Assembly: GCA_008690995.1 (NCBI GenBank)
Contig: VRMN01000011.1
Coordinates: 124,001 to 188,000 of the forward strand
Origin: Porphyridium purpureum
Taxonomy: Eukaryota
Direction: 5' to 3'
Length of the DNA: 64,000 nt
A program made the translations under genes and the position numbers. Positions 33,384 through 45,414 of this stretch are shown in pieces; within the stretch, counting starts at the first letter, position 1, and each line of letters starts with the position of its first letter. The notes under the pieces are model-generated. The model was not told the origin of the DNA and ran no database searches. It was given only the letters and a program-made list of their open reading frames with translations.

Positions 33384-33560
33384 CTCTCTCTCTCTCTCTC
33401 TCTCCCTCCCTCCGTCCATCCATGCCCTTTCTGAGCGGCCACGCCACCCCAGCGGCCTGATCCATCGCACCCGATTCCCCGCTCGCGAGCCAGCTGAGGC
33501 TGTGACCGAGCTGAGACGGCAGCGTACACGCGCAAGCACGCGCAAGCACGCGCAAGCACG
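33384..33560. repeat. (CT)n microsatellite and a three-copy 10-bp repeat (ACGCGCAAGC)
   Basis: Seen directly at ~33384-33405 and ~33528-33560. Confidence 0.8.
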
Positions 33561-34426
33561 TGCGTTTACGGCAGCCCCGGCGGTTCCCGCACCGGCGCGA
33601 GCCGTAGAACCGCAGCAAGTGTACTCCGGCCGTTCAGTAAATGAACACTGCACGAGCACTGTACCTTTATTTTCCGCGCTTGCTGTACCGCGTCGATTTC
33701 ACGTGTTAGGTGCCTAAGTGACGTATTGGGTCTTTCAGATTCGACTGCCGCATACGTCGCGCGGAGCGGCACGTGCCGAGCAGGCACGGAACGTCATGAG
33801 TTAGGGTTCGCCACGTGCGTGTTATGATCGAACGGGAGGAATTTGATAGCAGCGCAAGGTTTCAAGGAAGCGTCCGATGGCGATGACGTCGGAACCAACG
33901 GAACGTTCCCCGTGACGTCTGCGCAAGCGGTTTGTGTACACGCAATGATGCTTCAGGATTCGCTGTGACGACTGGATATATGACCTCGCTTCGGCGCAGC
34001 GTGTTTCGCAAAAGGCGGGGCTGCCGCATGAGGTTACAGAAAACAAGCAGGGCCGACGCGCCACGCTCACGAAGCGCGCGGAGTCGCATGCTGGGGGGAG
34101 AAACAACGCGCTTGCGGCCGCCGCGAACCGGCGCCCGCGTGACCGAGTGCCACGCAAAAGAGACTGCAACGCGCAGCCCAAAAACAAAGGGAGTTCGCAG
34201 GAGACGAAGATCGGCTGACACGCGTAGCTCAGTTGGGCGCCGCGTCGCGTCCTTCGCGACGGACGAGCAAAGCGCCAGACCACTGCATCGTGATTGAGCT
34301 GCGCGTTTGCTTCATTTGGAACGTACGTGTGCCCACGGATATCGGGGAAGCCAGCGCTGCCGCTTGCGCCACGCGGCGACCGCTTCGGCGCGCGCGCTCT
34401 CCGGCCACGGAAAGCAGACATAGAGT

Positions 34427-36334
34427 ATGGACATTGGCTTGGTGAGCGGCGCCCAGTACGGTTTCCTTCGCCTAAGAAGCTGTTTCCAACAGTTCCTGCC
34501 CGACTTCAAAACTTACTTACGCCTGCAACGCGCGCGGCGGCTCGATAATCCACAAGGCGCGCCGTTTGCATCCGAACTGCGGCTCATGCGTGTGCTGACG
34601 CCGCTTTGGAACGACCAAATACTTCGGAACCTGATGGTACCCGGAAACATAAGCCTCGTGCAAGTGGGACACGTATCTTCAGGCCAACCCATACTGAGTG
34701 TTATGTCACAGACCTGTCTTGCGCACTACGAATTCCAGACACTCGCGTTGGACGATGACCTGCGCGTTCTGAACGCGCTATGCGTGGTGATTCGCAGCTC
34801 TCTTCAAGAAATCGAGCTTCTGGAAGTCGCCGAGGTTTCTCACGCTTACGTGCTTGTCTCCCTGGTGTCTTTTCACAAAACCAAAGCGCGCACCGGGTCA
34901 AGCCTGCTGCTGGATTGCACAAGTGGTCTCGACGATCCGCGACTGTTCGACAGAGTGAAAGGCGCACTCACTTTTGAGGCCTACCCGACAGATCCGGCAG
35001 CAGCGCCGTTGTCGCACGAACAATTTGATCCTCTTTTCAGCGCCGACTGGGACTTTTGGTGTCTCCAGCTACCCAAGTGGGGTATTACCAAGTGTATGAC
35101 TCGGATTGAGATCCTATCGCGGTTTGGGCTCGTGGACTACGAGAAAGCGGCAATATGGTTTCTGGCGGACTATTTGTACCTGCAGCCAGCACCGACCGCC
35201 GCACCACTCGGGCACCTGCAGCAGCAGCCACTGTATGCATCACTTCAGCAGCCACAGCAACACGCGCTGGAGCGACAGCACTATTCGCCTTTTTATCTCG
35301 TCGTGGCGCCGTCTTACACACCGTTAGAATCCGGTGCGGGTATAGGCACAGGACTGGGCGCTCCGCCGCCTGGACTAGGTCGGAACGGGTTGGGACCATA
35401 TGCGCCGGTCTCTCCGGCATCTGCCCCATTGCTAGCGCACACGATGGGTGGTATTCAGTCTGCAAGCGATATCTGGATCCATCGGAGCCTGGCCGCAGGA
35501 GCTGCAACGCGCCCGCATCTTGCGACGGGACCAACTGTAGATTTCGTTCCTCAGGGTCAGCTATCGCTGCTCCAGGACCAACAATCGGGAGCAGGATCAC
35601 CGAGCAGCCCCACAAGTAGCCATGGTCGCAGCGGGCGCCCGCTGCTCCGGTTCCGCTGCCCAGAGTGTTCGGCCATGTTCTCGCGTAACAGCAACCTGGC
35701 GCGGCATGTTCAGGTTTGTCACGAAAGCATTCGGCGGCACGTGTGCAATATCTGCCAATGGGCATTTGCGCAGCGCAGCGACTTGAAGAAGCACGTGAAG
35801 CGAAAACATCCGCACAGGTTCGATGGAATGTTCGGCCCGGCTGACGCGAAATCAAATGATGAAGTTCCATCGGAAGAGACCGGCCATTTGAAGGAGCGTC
35901 TCGATGCGGGACCGCCACCTTCTCAGCCAAACACTTTGAATGCTGAAACTGGACGGAGCGTTCCGAAGTCGACATCTGGGCCGAGCGCAACAAACGCGGC
36001 GCCCGGACAGATTTCAGCAGATTCGCTTTCGAGGCCGAATCCACCGCGTTCGACACTTGGTCCCGGCGCAACAAACTCGGCATCCGGACCAACCGCGGCA
36101 GACTCGTTTTCGGGGCCGAATCCACCGTGTTCTACATCTGGTCCGAGAGCACCCAGTTTAGCACCTTGCTCAAGCGCGCCAAAGTTGACGGCACCGGGTC
36201 CCAATGCACCAAATTCGGCACCTGCGCTGATCGGTGCCAAGTCTAGCCCTGAGCAGCCAGTTCCGTCCGCATCCCGGTCAGCATCCGCACAAGAAACACT
36301 CGATTCGGCGAAAGGCTTGTCGCACCCGCCGTGA
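34427..36334 (+). CDS. C2H2 zinc-finger protein, tandem family copy 1
   Basis: Shared ~250-aa N-terminal domain; FRCPEC..FSRNSNLARHVQVCH and HVCNIC..FAQRSDLKKHVKRKH. Confidence 0.9.
   Translation: MDIGLVSGAQYGFLRLRSCFQQFLPDFKTYLRLQRARRLDNPQGAPFASELRLMRVLTPLWNDQILRNLMVPGNISLVQVGHVSSGQPILSVMSQTCLAHYEFQTLALDDDLRVLNALCVVIRSSLQEIELLEVAEVSHAYVLVSLVSFHKTKARTGSSLLLDCTSGLDDPRLFDRVKGALTFEAYPTDPAAAPLSHEQFDPLFSADWDFWCLQLPKWGITKCMTRIEILSRFGLVDYEKAAIWFLADYLYLQPAPTAAPLGHLQQQPLYASLQQPQQHALERQHYSPFYLVVAPSYTPLESGAGIGTGLGAPPPGLGRNGLGPYAPVSPASAPLLAHTMGGIQSASDIWIHRSLAAGAATRPHLATGPTVDFVPQGQLSLLQDQQSGAGSPSSPTSSHGRSGRPLLRFRCPECSAMFSRNSNLARHVQVCHESIRRHVCNICQWAFAQRSDLKKHVKRKHPHRFDGMFGPADAKSNDEVPSEETGHLKERLDAGPPPSQPNTLNAETGRSVPKSTSGPSATNAAPGQISADSLSRPNPPRSTLGPGATNSASGPTAADSFSGPNPPCSTSGPRAPSLAPCSSAPKLTAPGPNAPNSAPALIGAKSSPEQPVPSASRSASAQETLDSAKGLSHPP
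35969..36200 (+). repeat. 81-bp (27-aa) coding tandem repeat, ~2.5-3 units
   Basis: Units start at 35969, 36050 and 36131: STSGPSATNAAPG..ADS..PNPP / STLGPGATNSASG..ADS..PNPP / STSGP. Confidence 0.8.
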
Positions 36335-39300
36335 AGAGATGGCTTGCCCACAAAATTGTGAGCCCTGCGACATGTTGCGCATCGCAAGATCTTGAGGACG
36401 AGCTTGCGTATCTACGGCTTCGTGAAGATCAGTGTCTGCTCGTCGTCGCATCCGACGGTGAATAAGGTGTCACTTCGGCCCTCAAGAACCCAGGCAACGG
36501 CCGACTGGCACCGAATAACACAACAGAGAGTGTACAGGAGGATTGGGAAAAGAGTCATGGCCGGTCCGGGGGTGCGCCCCCGTGACAAGAGCAATGGATG
36601 TGTAGTTTTCTCTGTGTTGACATAGTTGTGTTCCGAATCAAAATGTCGAAGAAAATTTAGACATTCATTGTGTTGCGTGACGCATGCCGTCCTTTCACCG
36701 AAGGACAGTCGTTCTAAACACCTCGCCCTTGGGGTCCGAGCTCCCGTTCCCTCTCACCGCGCGAAAAATCTTGTAGGGTCTGTTTTCTCGAGCGCGAGTT
36801 TGACAAAGGACTCATGAACGTGCCGCCACGCCTCATTTAAACCTGTATTCCAGGTTCGGAGCCGCGCGCAAGACTCGAAACGCGGACGCAAAGCAAATGC
36901 CTCTGGTTTCCACGAGCAGTAATCGGAGAGGCTAGACTGCGCTAGTGCCACGCAGCGCAAAAGACATGGCGACGCAAAAACACGCAGCTACTATCGTGAC
37001 TGCACCGCACCGAGATGCAACTCTGTGCCTTGAGCAAGCTCAGGGGCTGACAAGAATCGTTTCGTCGGTGCATAGTGCGACGAAAACAGATAGGACCCAG
37101 TCGATTTCTCCGACCAAAATTGATAATTAAGAAAAAACGTGAATTAATCGGAGGTTAGACTGTACATACTCGCTGAACTGAACATTTTGGAGGAAACCCG
37201 GGACAGATGGAACAGCGTTGACAGTTTCGAATGCACGCAAGCTCGAAGGTGAACAGATTTCCGGCAACGTGGCCTGCACGCGCACGCAAAGAGTAGCCTT
37301 GGGATTGAAAGTGGTCCAGATTCGGAGGCAGCGAAGAGACGAAGTCTGCACGTGCGTTGCGGTCCGTGGCCTCAGAGTCGGCTCGAAAAGCAGGGCGAAT
37401 CCATCGTTCTGCAGAATCTGGTCTAGACTTTTACGCAAAGATTTAGGCCTCTACTTGTATGGTACATGGAAGCTTTTTCGAAGCATTCAATTTCTGTCAT
37501 CAGCTGTGGGCATTCAGAAAGTAGTGGTGTACGCAGGTGCTCACAATTTCAAAATCCCGGCGCTGAGTATCTTTGACTTTTATTTCAGAAAGTATTATGG
37601 TGAGGCTCGAATCAACAGAATCCAAGACACTTGTGGCACAACATGGATAGGGGATAGTACAGGGAAGAGCTCTGTCTGAGACGCAGACGATTCAAAATAC
37701 GTGAAGAAGTGCGGATTCTTCGCAGCTCGCGTAGAGCTCCATTTGGATTTCATTCGGCGCATTATTGCCATTTTGTAAAAAAAGAAAGGACGCATTCATG
37801 GCCATCAGAAGTCGCGTAACAGCTTGCGGGTCGTTGTCACAAAAATTGAAATCTCAAAGAACATTGTTCTGGGCAATTTACATGGCCACGACACGTACCA
37901 ACAGAATTACGCCAATGCGAAAGTGTCAAAGCTGACGAAGCAGGCAAAGTGAATACTTATGACATCAACAAGCTTCAGACTACTCGCCCGGCCCATCAAG
38001 CTCGCGCTGCTCCGCCTCTCCGTCGCGCAAAGCCATTCCAACGTTTCAAGATGATCCTAAAGTTAGCCTGCTGAAGAGATGAAAACGGAAAGACGCCAGT
38101 GCGCCTGCCATTGCTACTGGTGCTTGAATGCGAGCGCCACAAGCTTGCTTGGACCAGACGTCATCAATTGGAATGAACAAATCGGGCCGGCTTTGTGCTC
38201 TCTGTCAGGTAGAATTCAAACCTAAATGGACCAATCGTTTGCGCAGCTCGCGGCTTGACAGTACAAAAGAGATTTCACGGATTTGGTCTCAACATTCTAG
38301 TGATGGCGGATGCACGGTGTAGGGCGCCACTTCTCCGAAAAGAAAGCCTTGCCTTCCTTCTATTGACGTGACTTTTCTGGCCGCAAAATGCGTTTCCGTG
38401 CTCTGAGCTGACAGGATATGCGATCGCGGCCGTCAATTGGTGGGTTCGAACTTGATTTCTTCTCGCAGGAATATGCACCAGCATTGGCGCCTGGTGAAGA
38501 ATTTCTTGTTTGATAAGATTTATGGGGCTTCTAGACTGACCATCGTATTCACCGAACAACAGTATCATCCAAAACCTGTAGAAGGTACTGGCGCATAAGT
38601 TTTCGGCGGGAGCATGGCAGTTTCGGGCTGTCCATGAGTTCCGGAATGCCATCACAATGGGTTGGGGGCCACAAGACCTACCTGTACTGGCCATTTTCTG
38701 CGCGTCTGTGCCGAAAGGCTTGTTCGTGTGCGTGCATCTTCAACGCGCTTGCGCGCATGGACACTGCACTCAAGTCCGATGTTTTCTGACCGAGCAATGT
38801 CCAGCAAGATGCCGGGTCCGCATCCGCTTCGTTCTGCGGACCAGTGTGCCTTGGCACCTAAACAATGACCCGTTCTCGGTAAAATGGAGCGTCTTATTAA
38901 GAAGACGCGTTGAGGGGTACTGTGCCTTCTCGCGCTCAGTTGCGGTCTTGGCTGTCGGCTTTTCGGTCCGTCTGTGAAGCCGCAGCCCGGTCAAAAAAGC
39001 GGGCGATCTGCACGACAGGATTTTATTCACTTTTCGGGACAAACACTGAGCGCTGTGTCGGAGGCGCGCGGGTTTGCGAGACGTGGAGACACGCGAGCGA
39101 CGAGCTTATAATACCAAGGAGTGTCTCCAGCAGCGGTTCTCGTGCGAGGACGCGCTCGGTGAAACGCCTTGTTGGGATTTTTGGTAAATGAAGAGATTGC
39201 TCGGACGCAGTGCGGTGCCTGCTTGAGGCACTGTTGTGCAGACATCCTTCCCCTCCATCCGCTGCGGACCATTAACGTAGGCGCTGCGTGCAGACGTCGG

Positions 39301-39386
39301 CAGATCGCGCAGAATCGCTCGGAGACATAGCGGAACAAACCGCACGGGCGGGCGAGTCCATGGGACGGTGCGAGCGCAGTATAAAA

Positions 39387-40997
39387 ATGGACCGCGGTTT
39401 TGAAAGCGGTGCTCAGTCTGAGTTTAGATGGCTGAGGAGCTCCTTTCATCACTTTTTGCCGGACATAGCCATGTTCACAGAACTGCAGCACGCTGGCCGG
39501 TTCGAGTATCTGCACACTGCGCCCCTTGCCTTGGAGACGCGACTCATACGTGTGCTCAGGCCGTTCCACAACGATGATATAACTCGGAACCTGATGATGC
39601 CGGGACACGCCAGCCTCGTTCAGGTGGGACAATCATCTTCAGGCCAGCCCATACTGAGCGTCATGTCAAACACTTGCCTTGCGCATTATGAGTTCCAGGC
39701 TCTTGCCTTGGACGATGACCTGCGCGTGCTCAACGCGCTGTGCATAGTAGTTCGCAGCTCCGCCGAGGAAATTGAGCTTCTGGAGGTCGCCGAGATCTCG
39801 AACGCGTACGTGCTTGTCTCGCTGGTGACGTTTCACCGAACAAAAGCGCGAAAGGGGACGAGCCTGCTGCTGGACCGAAGCAGTGGTCTCGAGGATCCAC
39901 GCCTGTTCGACCGAGTGAAGGGCGCGCTCACGCTCGAGGCGTACCCCACGGATCCGACGCCGGTGCCAGCGTCGCAACACCAGCTTGATCCTCGGATCTG
40001 TGCCGATTGGGACTTCTGGAGCGCTGAGCTACCTAGATGGGGCATTGTCCAGAGTATGACGCGGATTGAGATTCTTTCTCAGTTCGGGCAGGGAGACTAC
40101 GAAAAGACGGCCATCTGGTTTCTGGCAGACTATTTGTACCCACAGCCTGCGCAGATCGGGACGCCTTTTGGATATTACGAGCAAGCACCACATTATACGT
40201 TGTTTCAGGTGCCTTTGGAACAGGCGCCCCAGCACCAGATATACCCGCATTCACATCGAAATGGGCGGCCGCCATTCGGTCCGGAATGGAGGACGCGCGC
40301 AGGTGCTCAACCAACGGAGAATGACGCAGGCGTCGCGGCGTCGTACGCATCATCGTCTGAAGCTCCTGCGCGAGCGCCCAAAAAGTCAAAGATCATACGG
40401 CGAGCTGGCGCTGATCCAGGGGCCCCGGCAGCGGGCAGTAAATGGGGCCAAGATGTTTTGGATTCAGCCGGACCGATTACCGCTTTTGCCGGACCCGGGC
40501 AGCAGTCCTTGCCACAAAACCAGCAATCAGCGGTAGAAACGCCATCCGCCCCCGTGCTTTCTATCCCAGTTGGTAGAAGACGTAAGCTCCGTTTCAAGTG
40601 CTCAGAATGTCCCGCAGCGTTTTCGCGCAACAGCAACCTTGCACGACACGTCCAAGTCTGTCATGAATGTATCAGGAAGCACATATGCGACATCTGTGGG
40701 TGGGCTTTCGCGCAGCGCAGCGATTTGAAGAAGCATGTCGAGAAAAAGCACCCAAATAATTATGACGAGCTGTTTGGCGCCGATGGCACGCCCGCCGATG
40801 AACAAAGTCAGCTCGACGCGGCCGACACTACAGCAGGTGATGCCAACGCTGAATCTGTCCCTTCCGATAAGCTTGAAGGAAGCAGCGAGCACCGTCGGAA
40901 GGATCCAGACTCGGTCTTGTGGCTGCAAGCACCCTTTGCTCCAACATCCGCGTCAAAGGCACGCGACGTGACGGAAGTCTTACCGGCCCCGCCTTAA
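39387..40997 (+). CDS. C2H2 zinc-finger protein, tandem family copy 2
   Basis: Same N-terminal domain and two fingers; ATG of MDRGF aligns with MDIGL/MDSGF of the other copies. Confidence 0.9.
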   Translation: MDRGFESGAQSEFRWLRSSFHHFLPDIAMFTELQHAGRFEYLHTAPLALETRLIRVLRPFHNDDITRNLMMPGHASLVQVGQSSSGQPILSVMSNTCLAHYEFQALALDDDLRVLNALCIVVRSSAEEIELLEVAEISNAYVLVSLVTFHRTKARKGTSLLLDRSSGLEDPRLFDRVKGALTLEAYPTDPTPVPASQHQLDPRICADWDFWSAELPRWGIVQSMTRIEILSQFGQGDYEKTAIWFLADYLYPQPAQIGTPFGYYEQAPHYTLFQVPLEQAPQHQIYPHSHRNGRPPFGPEWRTRAGAQPTENDAGVAASYASSSEAPARAPKKSKIIRRAGADPGAPAAGSKWGQDVLDSAGPITAFAGPGQQSLPQNQQSAVETPSAPVLSIPVGRRRKLRFKCSECPAAFSRNSNLARHVQVCHECIRKHICDICGWAFAQRSDLKKHVEKKHPNNYDELFGADGTPADEQSQLDAADTTAGDANAESVPSDKLEGSSEHRRKDPDSVLWLQAPFAPTSASKARDVTEVLPAPP

Positions 40998-41630
40998 CGC
41001 AGCTGTGTTCAAACTAGGAGCGGATCCATGTACATTCCATCTTTTTGTTGGCGCGTAGAATAGCATGGTTTGTACTTGTCCTTCAAAACTTTTGACGTTG
41101 CCGGGGCAGGATCATCCGAAATCTTTGGTAACTTCGAACGAGTGGTGCATATTGATTAATCGCAGGCCCACACTGAAATCATGACAAAAACTTTGTGTGC
41201 GAGTCTGTGCGTTCAGGTGACCAGGTAATCACGCAAACGACGATTTGCACGCCTCCACCAACAACGCGAAAACCGGCGTTCGTCTAATTGGGTTACCCCC
41301 GCAAAAGCGATTCAAATTTTAATGAAACCCAAACAGCGTTACTCCGAATCTTTCCTGGAGAAAGAAGAAATCGCCGAGGACTGGCAAATGATCGTGTCTC
41401 GTTCGGTCTAGTGTGATTTTATGGTCTGTCCGCGAAGGGGCAAAATGTACAATCGAAGCACGGGTGTCCAGCTATGGATGTTGTCCTCCTCTGGAAATTA
41501 GACATCAAGACCGATGGCTTATGTCTCTTGGAAAAGTGCAGCGCCGCAGGTCGCAAATGTCACTTCCCCAAGTCAAGCTCAAACGGAACGGAAAGAAAGA
41601 CACAAACGGAAGTGACGGGCAAATGGGTCC

Positions 41631-43319
41631 ATGAAGCAGTGCGACCGGATACAAAACATGAAGAGCGCATTTGGAAACGACTCTCAAGCCAATTTCAGAC
41701 GGCTACGGAGCTTCTTTCACCGCTACTCGCCCGAAGTGCAAAAACATGCACACACACACCGCGCTGATCCGGTCGAACATCTACAAAGCGTGCCCCTCGT
41801 TTCGCACATGCGACTCATACGCGTGCTCAAACCGCTTCACAACGACCAAATACTTCGGAATCTGATTATGTCAGGAAACGCCAGCGTCGTCCAAGTAGGA
41901 CAATCATCTTCAGGCCAGCCCGTACTGAGCGTCATGTCAAACACTTGCCTTGCGCATTATGAGTTCCAGGCTCTTGCCTTGGATGATGACCTGTGCGTAC
42001 TCAACGCGCTGTGCATAGTAGTTCGCAGCTCCGACGAGGAAATTGAGCTTCTGGAGGTCGCCGAGATCTCGAACGCGTACGTGCTTGTCTCGCTGGTGAC
42101 GTTTCACCGAACAAAAGCGCGAAAGGGGACGAGCCTGCTGCTGGACGGAATCAGTGGTCTCGAGGATCCGCGCCTGTTCGACCGAGTGAAGGGCGCGCTC
42201 ACGCTCGAGGCGTACCCCACGGATCCGACGCTGGTGCCAGCGTCGCAACACCAGCTTGATCCTCGGATCTGTGCCGACTGGGACTTCTGGAGCGCTGAGC
42301 TACCTAGATGGGGTATTATGAAATGCATGACGCGGATTGAGATTCTATCCCAGTTCGGACAGGAAGACTACGAAAAGGCGGCCATCTGGTTTCTGGCAGA
42401 GTGTCGGTACTTGCAGCACACGGAGACCGGGACGCCGATTAGATACCACGGGCAAGCGTCACAGTCTGCGTCACATCCGTCGCCACGGCACGTGTTGCTT
42501 CAATTACCACAACAACAAGCGCCGCAGCATCAGGTCTATCCAAATTCTTATCAAGTCGCAAGACCACCGGTCGCTCTGGAATGGGACCCGCCTGCAAGCA
42601 CTGAGGTGGTGGGAATCAACTTGGGCGTCGCCCTTTCGTACGCGTCATCATCTGGTGTGCGTGGACAGCCGCCTCAGCATCCAGCGACTTTGATTCGACC
42701 TGCGGGAAATTCGTCGACGGAGCCGACCCCGTGGGCCGCGGTGACCCCAAGGGTTGAAAGCAAACCTGCGCGATCAGGTGCGTCAGCTTCAGCTGGCTCG
42801 GCATTTATTCCTGCTGGACACGGGCAAAAGCCTTCCCCAGAAAGTCACCGATCACAGGAAGGAACACCTCCCAGCCCCAGGCCAGACCAAACTCTTACAA
42901 AGTACAAGCCTTGTTATGAGTGCGCGGGCTGCCCGGCTGTGCTCTCCCACAACAGTAACCTCGAACGGCACGTGCAAGTCTGTCACGAAAGCATCTGGAG
43001 GCATGTATGTGACTTCTGCGGATGGGCTTTCGCGCAGGGCAGTGACTTAAAGAAGCATGCCCTGACAAAGCATCCCAATAAGTACTATGAGATGTTTGGC
43101 GTGACCGGTACTGTGGCAGGTGAGCAAGGTCCGATCAAAACGGCCGACACCGCAGATAGTGTGGTTGAAGCGGAAGCTTCCTTTTCTCAACCAATCGCAT
43201 CAAATAGTGAGCCTGGTCCGAGCGCTCCCACCTCGGCGTCCGGCCAGCAAGCCCCTGCAGTACCTGCATCCGCGTCGGAGGCACTCGACTTGGCAAGTGG
43301 GTCTCCGCGCGTGCCGTAG
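41631..43319 (+). CDS. C2H2 zinc-finger protein, tandem family copy 3 (divergent fingers)
   Basis: Same architecture; alternative start 41658 (MKSAF) aligns with the paralogs. Confidence 0.88.
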   Translation: MKQCDRIQNMKSAFGNDSQANFRRLRSFFHRYSPEVQKHAHTHRADPVEHLQSVPLVSHMRLIRVLKPLHNDQILRNLIMSGNASVVQVGQSSSGQPVLSVMSNTCLAHYEFQALALDDDLCVLNALCIVVRSSDEEIELLEVAEISNAYVLVSLVTFHRTKARKGTSLLLDGISGLEDPRLFDRVKGALTLEAYPTDPTLVPASQHQLDPRICADWDFWSAELPRWGIMKCMTRIEILSQFGQEDYEKAAIWFLAECRYLQHTETGTPIRYHGQASQSASHPSPRHVLLQLPQQQAPQHQVYPNSYQVARPPVALEWDPPASTEVVGINLGVALSYASSSGVRGQPPQHPATLIRPAGNSSTEPTPWAAVTPRVESKPARSGASASAGSAFIPAGHGQKPSPESHRSQEGTPPSPRPDQTLTKYKPCYECAGCPAVLSHNSNLERHVQVCHESIWRHVCDFCGWAFAQGSDLKKHALTKHPNKYYEMFGVTGTVAGEQGPIKTADTADSVVEAEASFSQPIASNSEPGPSAPTSASGQQAPAVPASASEALDLASGSPRVP

Positions 43320-45414
43320 CAAGGTCGGGCGCTGGCCAAGAGCCGATCCGTGTGTGCAGCCTCTCTCCTCACAGGCATCCGAGGAGCAATCACTTCTTGT
43401 AGCATGTCTGTCCGTCCCGCAGCCTTGTGCATTCGACTTGCATGCAACTTGGGTGAGAGAAGCGGCACGAAGGGCTTGGTTCGCATGTGAGAACGAATGC
43501 TGCTAGGGAAGTCAGATTCACGAGGCGGAGGCGTTTGGAAAAGTGACGCTCACTTGACAGGGGTTGAGGCTCTGTGGTGTGTATCGTTTCGGCAAATGGT
43601 GCGCGAACCCGAAAGTTCGACGAAGGCCCAGAGATGTGGCGCTGATTGAATGTATCAAGCTGTATCCTTCATCTCTCGTTTGCTGTAGCAAGCACGTTTT
43701 TCGACCACAAGTGCAGGCTGTCTGGCTCCTTGCGTAAGATCTCTTCTCTGCCCTGTGCTTGTTTGTGATCTTCTTCCCCTTGCCCGTCGATTTTGTGCAG
43801 CGTTTTTGTCAAGGTATTTCATCTGATCCATGGTGCTGCATACACGCAACGGAAGCCCGGTCCCCGGAAGGCATCTCCCTCATTCTCAGGTTATGGAATC
43901 AGTGATCAGGAGCGGTTTGCTCGACGAGGGGCTCGTGACTCATTGGGTCGGATTGAATTCTTGAAGGCGCTTTACCATGACCACGCGCTTGGAGCAGAGG
44001 CCTAATGAAAGGCCAGCGAGCATTGAGCTGTGTGCGAAAGCGGCCGGTTGGCAGGACGAGCGCATGAGCTTCTGGACTCGGGAAGCCGTGATCGTAACTT
44101 CTAACATGGACGAGGCTGTGATAAGGAACGAGGAAAGCCGCGAACGTACTGTCACCAAAAAACGAACAAGAAAGGGTATATGAGAATGTGCGCATTGGAG
44201 TGCGCTACTTCTGTCCAAATACCCACAAGGTGAGAGGGCTCGAATGCTTCAATAAAGCATCTGTTCACCATACCGCCAAATTGCCGAAACCTCTACCGGA
44301 AACTTCAAACTTAAGTCGTCTGGGGCGACGAAGTCGCTCTGCTTTAATAGACAGCTCCAAAATCACATCCCGCACTGCGAGTGCACATTTAGGACCGCCG
44401 CAGTCGCCGAATCTGGCCCGCATTCGAACTCTTGCAGGCCCTGTCGCTCGAAATCTGTGCTGCTTCCCTGGCCCGCGTTCGAAACCTGCTCTGCCGTTTC
44501 AAGAGCCTTCCGTGCGTGTACAGTTCGGGCGGTACAGTCCAACCCCACTTTATCGACGAGGAATAAAAAGCAAAAAAAAGCACCGGGCTTCGGACAATCG
44601 TCATGTTCCCAAGAGGTACGCAACTGTCGTCGTGCCAATCTTTCATCTACGCACATCAACGAGCTCGTCACGTTCCATCCCTGACCAGTGCAGAGCGAGC
44701 CCGCTCACGTTTCGTTATAGATGCTCATCGTTGGCCGAGAGGTTGGCCTCACGGCGTCCATCTTCAACCCCCTACCTCAGCGTATGTGTCGAAGCGCGCG
44801 CAACACGCAGCTGGTAGACCGACGGGTTCGCCAACGGCATGCTCGAGTCAACCAAGTTCATCACGTTCAGAAGAAAAAAAAAAAGAAGAAAACTTTCTGA
44901 AAATTGCCGCTCTTATGGCAGTCGAGGTTCCTGCAAAGAACCGGAGACATCTTTCCACACATCTAGGCTGAATGGCGGCACGAATATACGAGAGGACCAA
45001 GAGCGGACACGAAAGACGTAGGTGTACGCTTAGCAGCAGACGGAGATTGTGGCTGAGCAGCGGGGAAAGCGATTGTTCGTCTGCCGAGAACCTCACGCAA
45101 CCGCGGGTTGGATCGTCGCCGCCGCTAGCATCCCCAAAGAACAAACCGTAACTTGTCCGTGTTTCTGTGAGCAAGAGACTACCACGGAGCATAGGCGGAA
45201 GACCTAGTGCGGCGGTTATCCGTTCTGACTTGATTGTCCGTCCGATAGGCGGCAACTGTGCGGTTCACGATCATCCACCCGCGTCTCTCCTATTCATCGG
45301 GCCACTAGCGTCGAGGCAGCCAGCTGATTTCGACGAAACGGGCGGCGGTACGAGGCGCAAAACAACACGCGAGTGGTGAGGCACTCCGCGGTCCAATGCG
45401 AGCGCAGATCAAGG

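Noticed and set aside
36400..39300. Long spacers between zinc-finger genes (also 43400-45300) as possible TE or gene relics
   Set aside because: No terminal repeats, TSDs or identifiable domains by eye; needs tblastx
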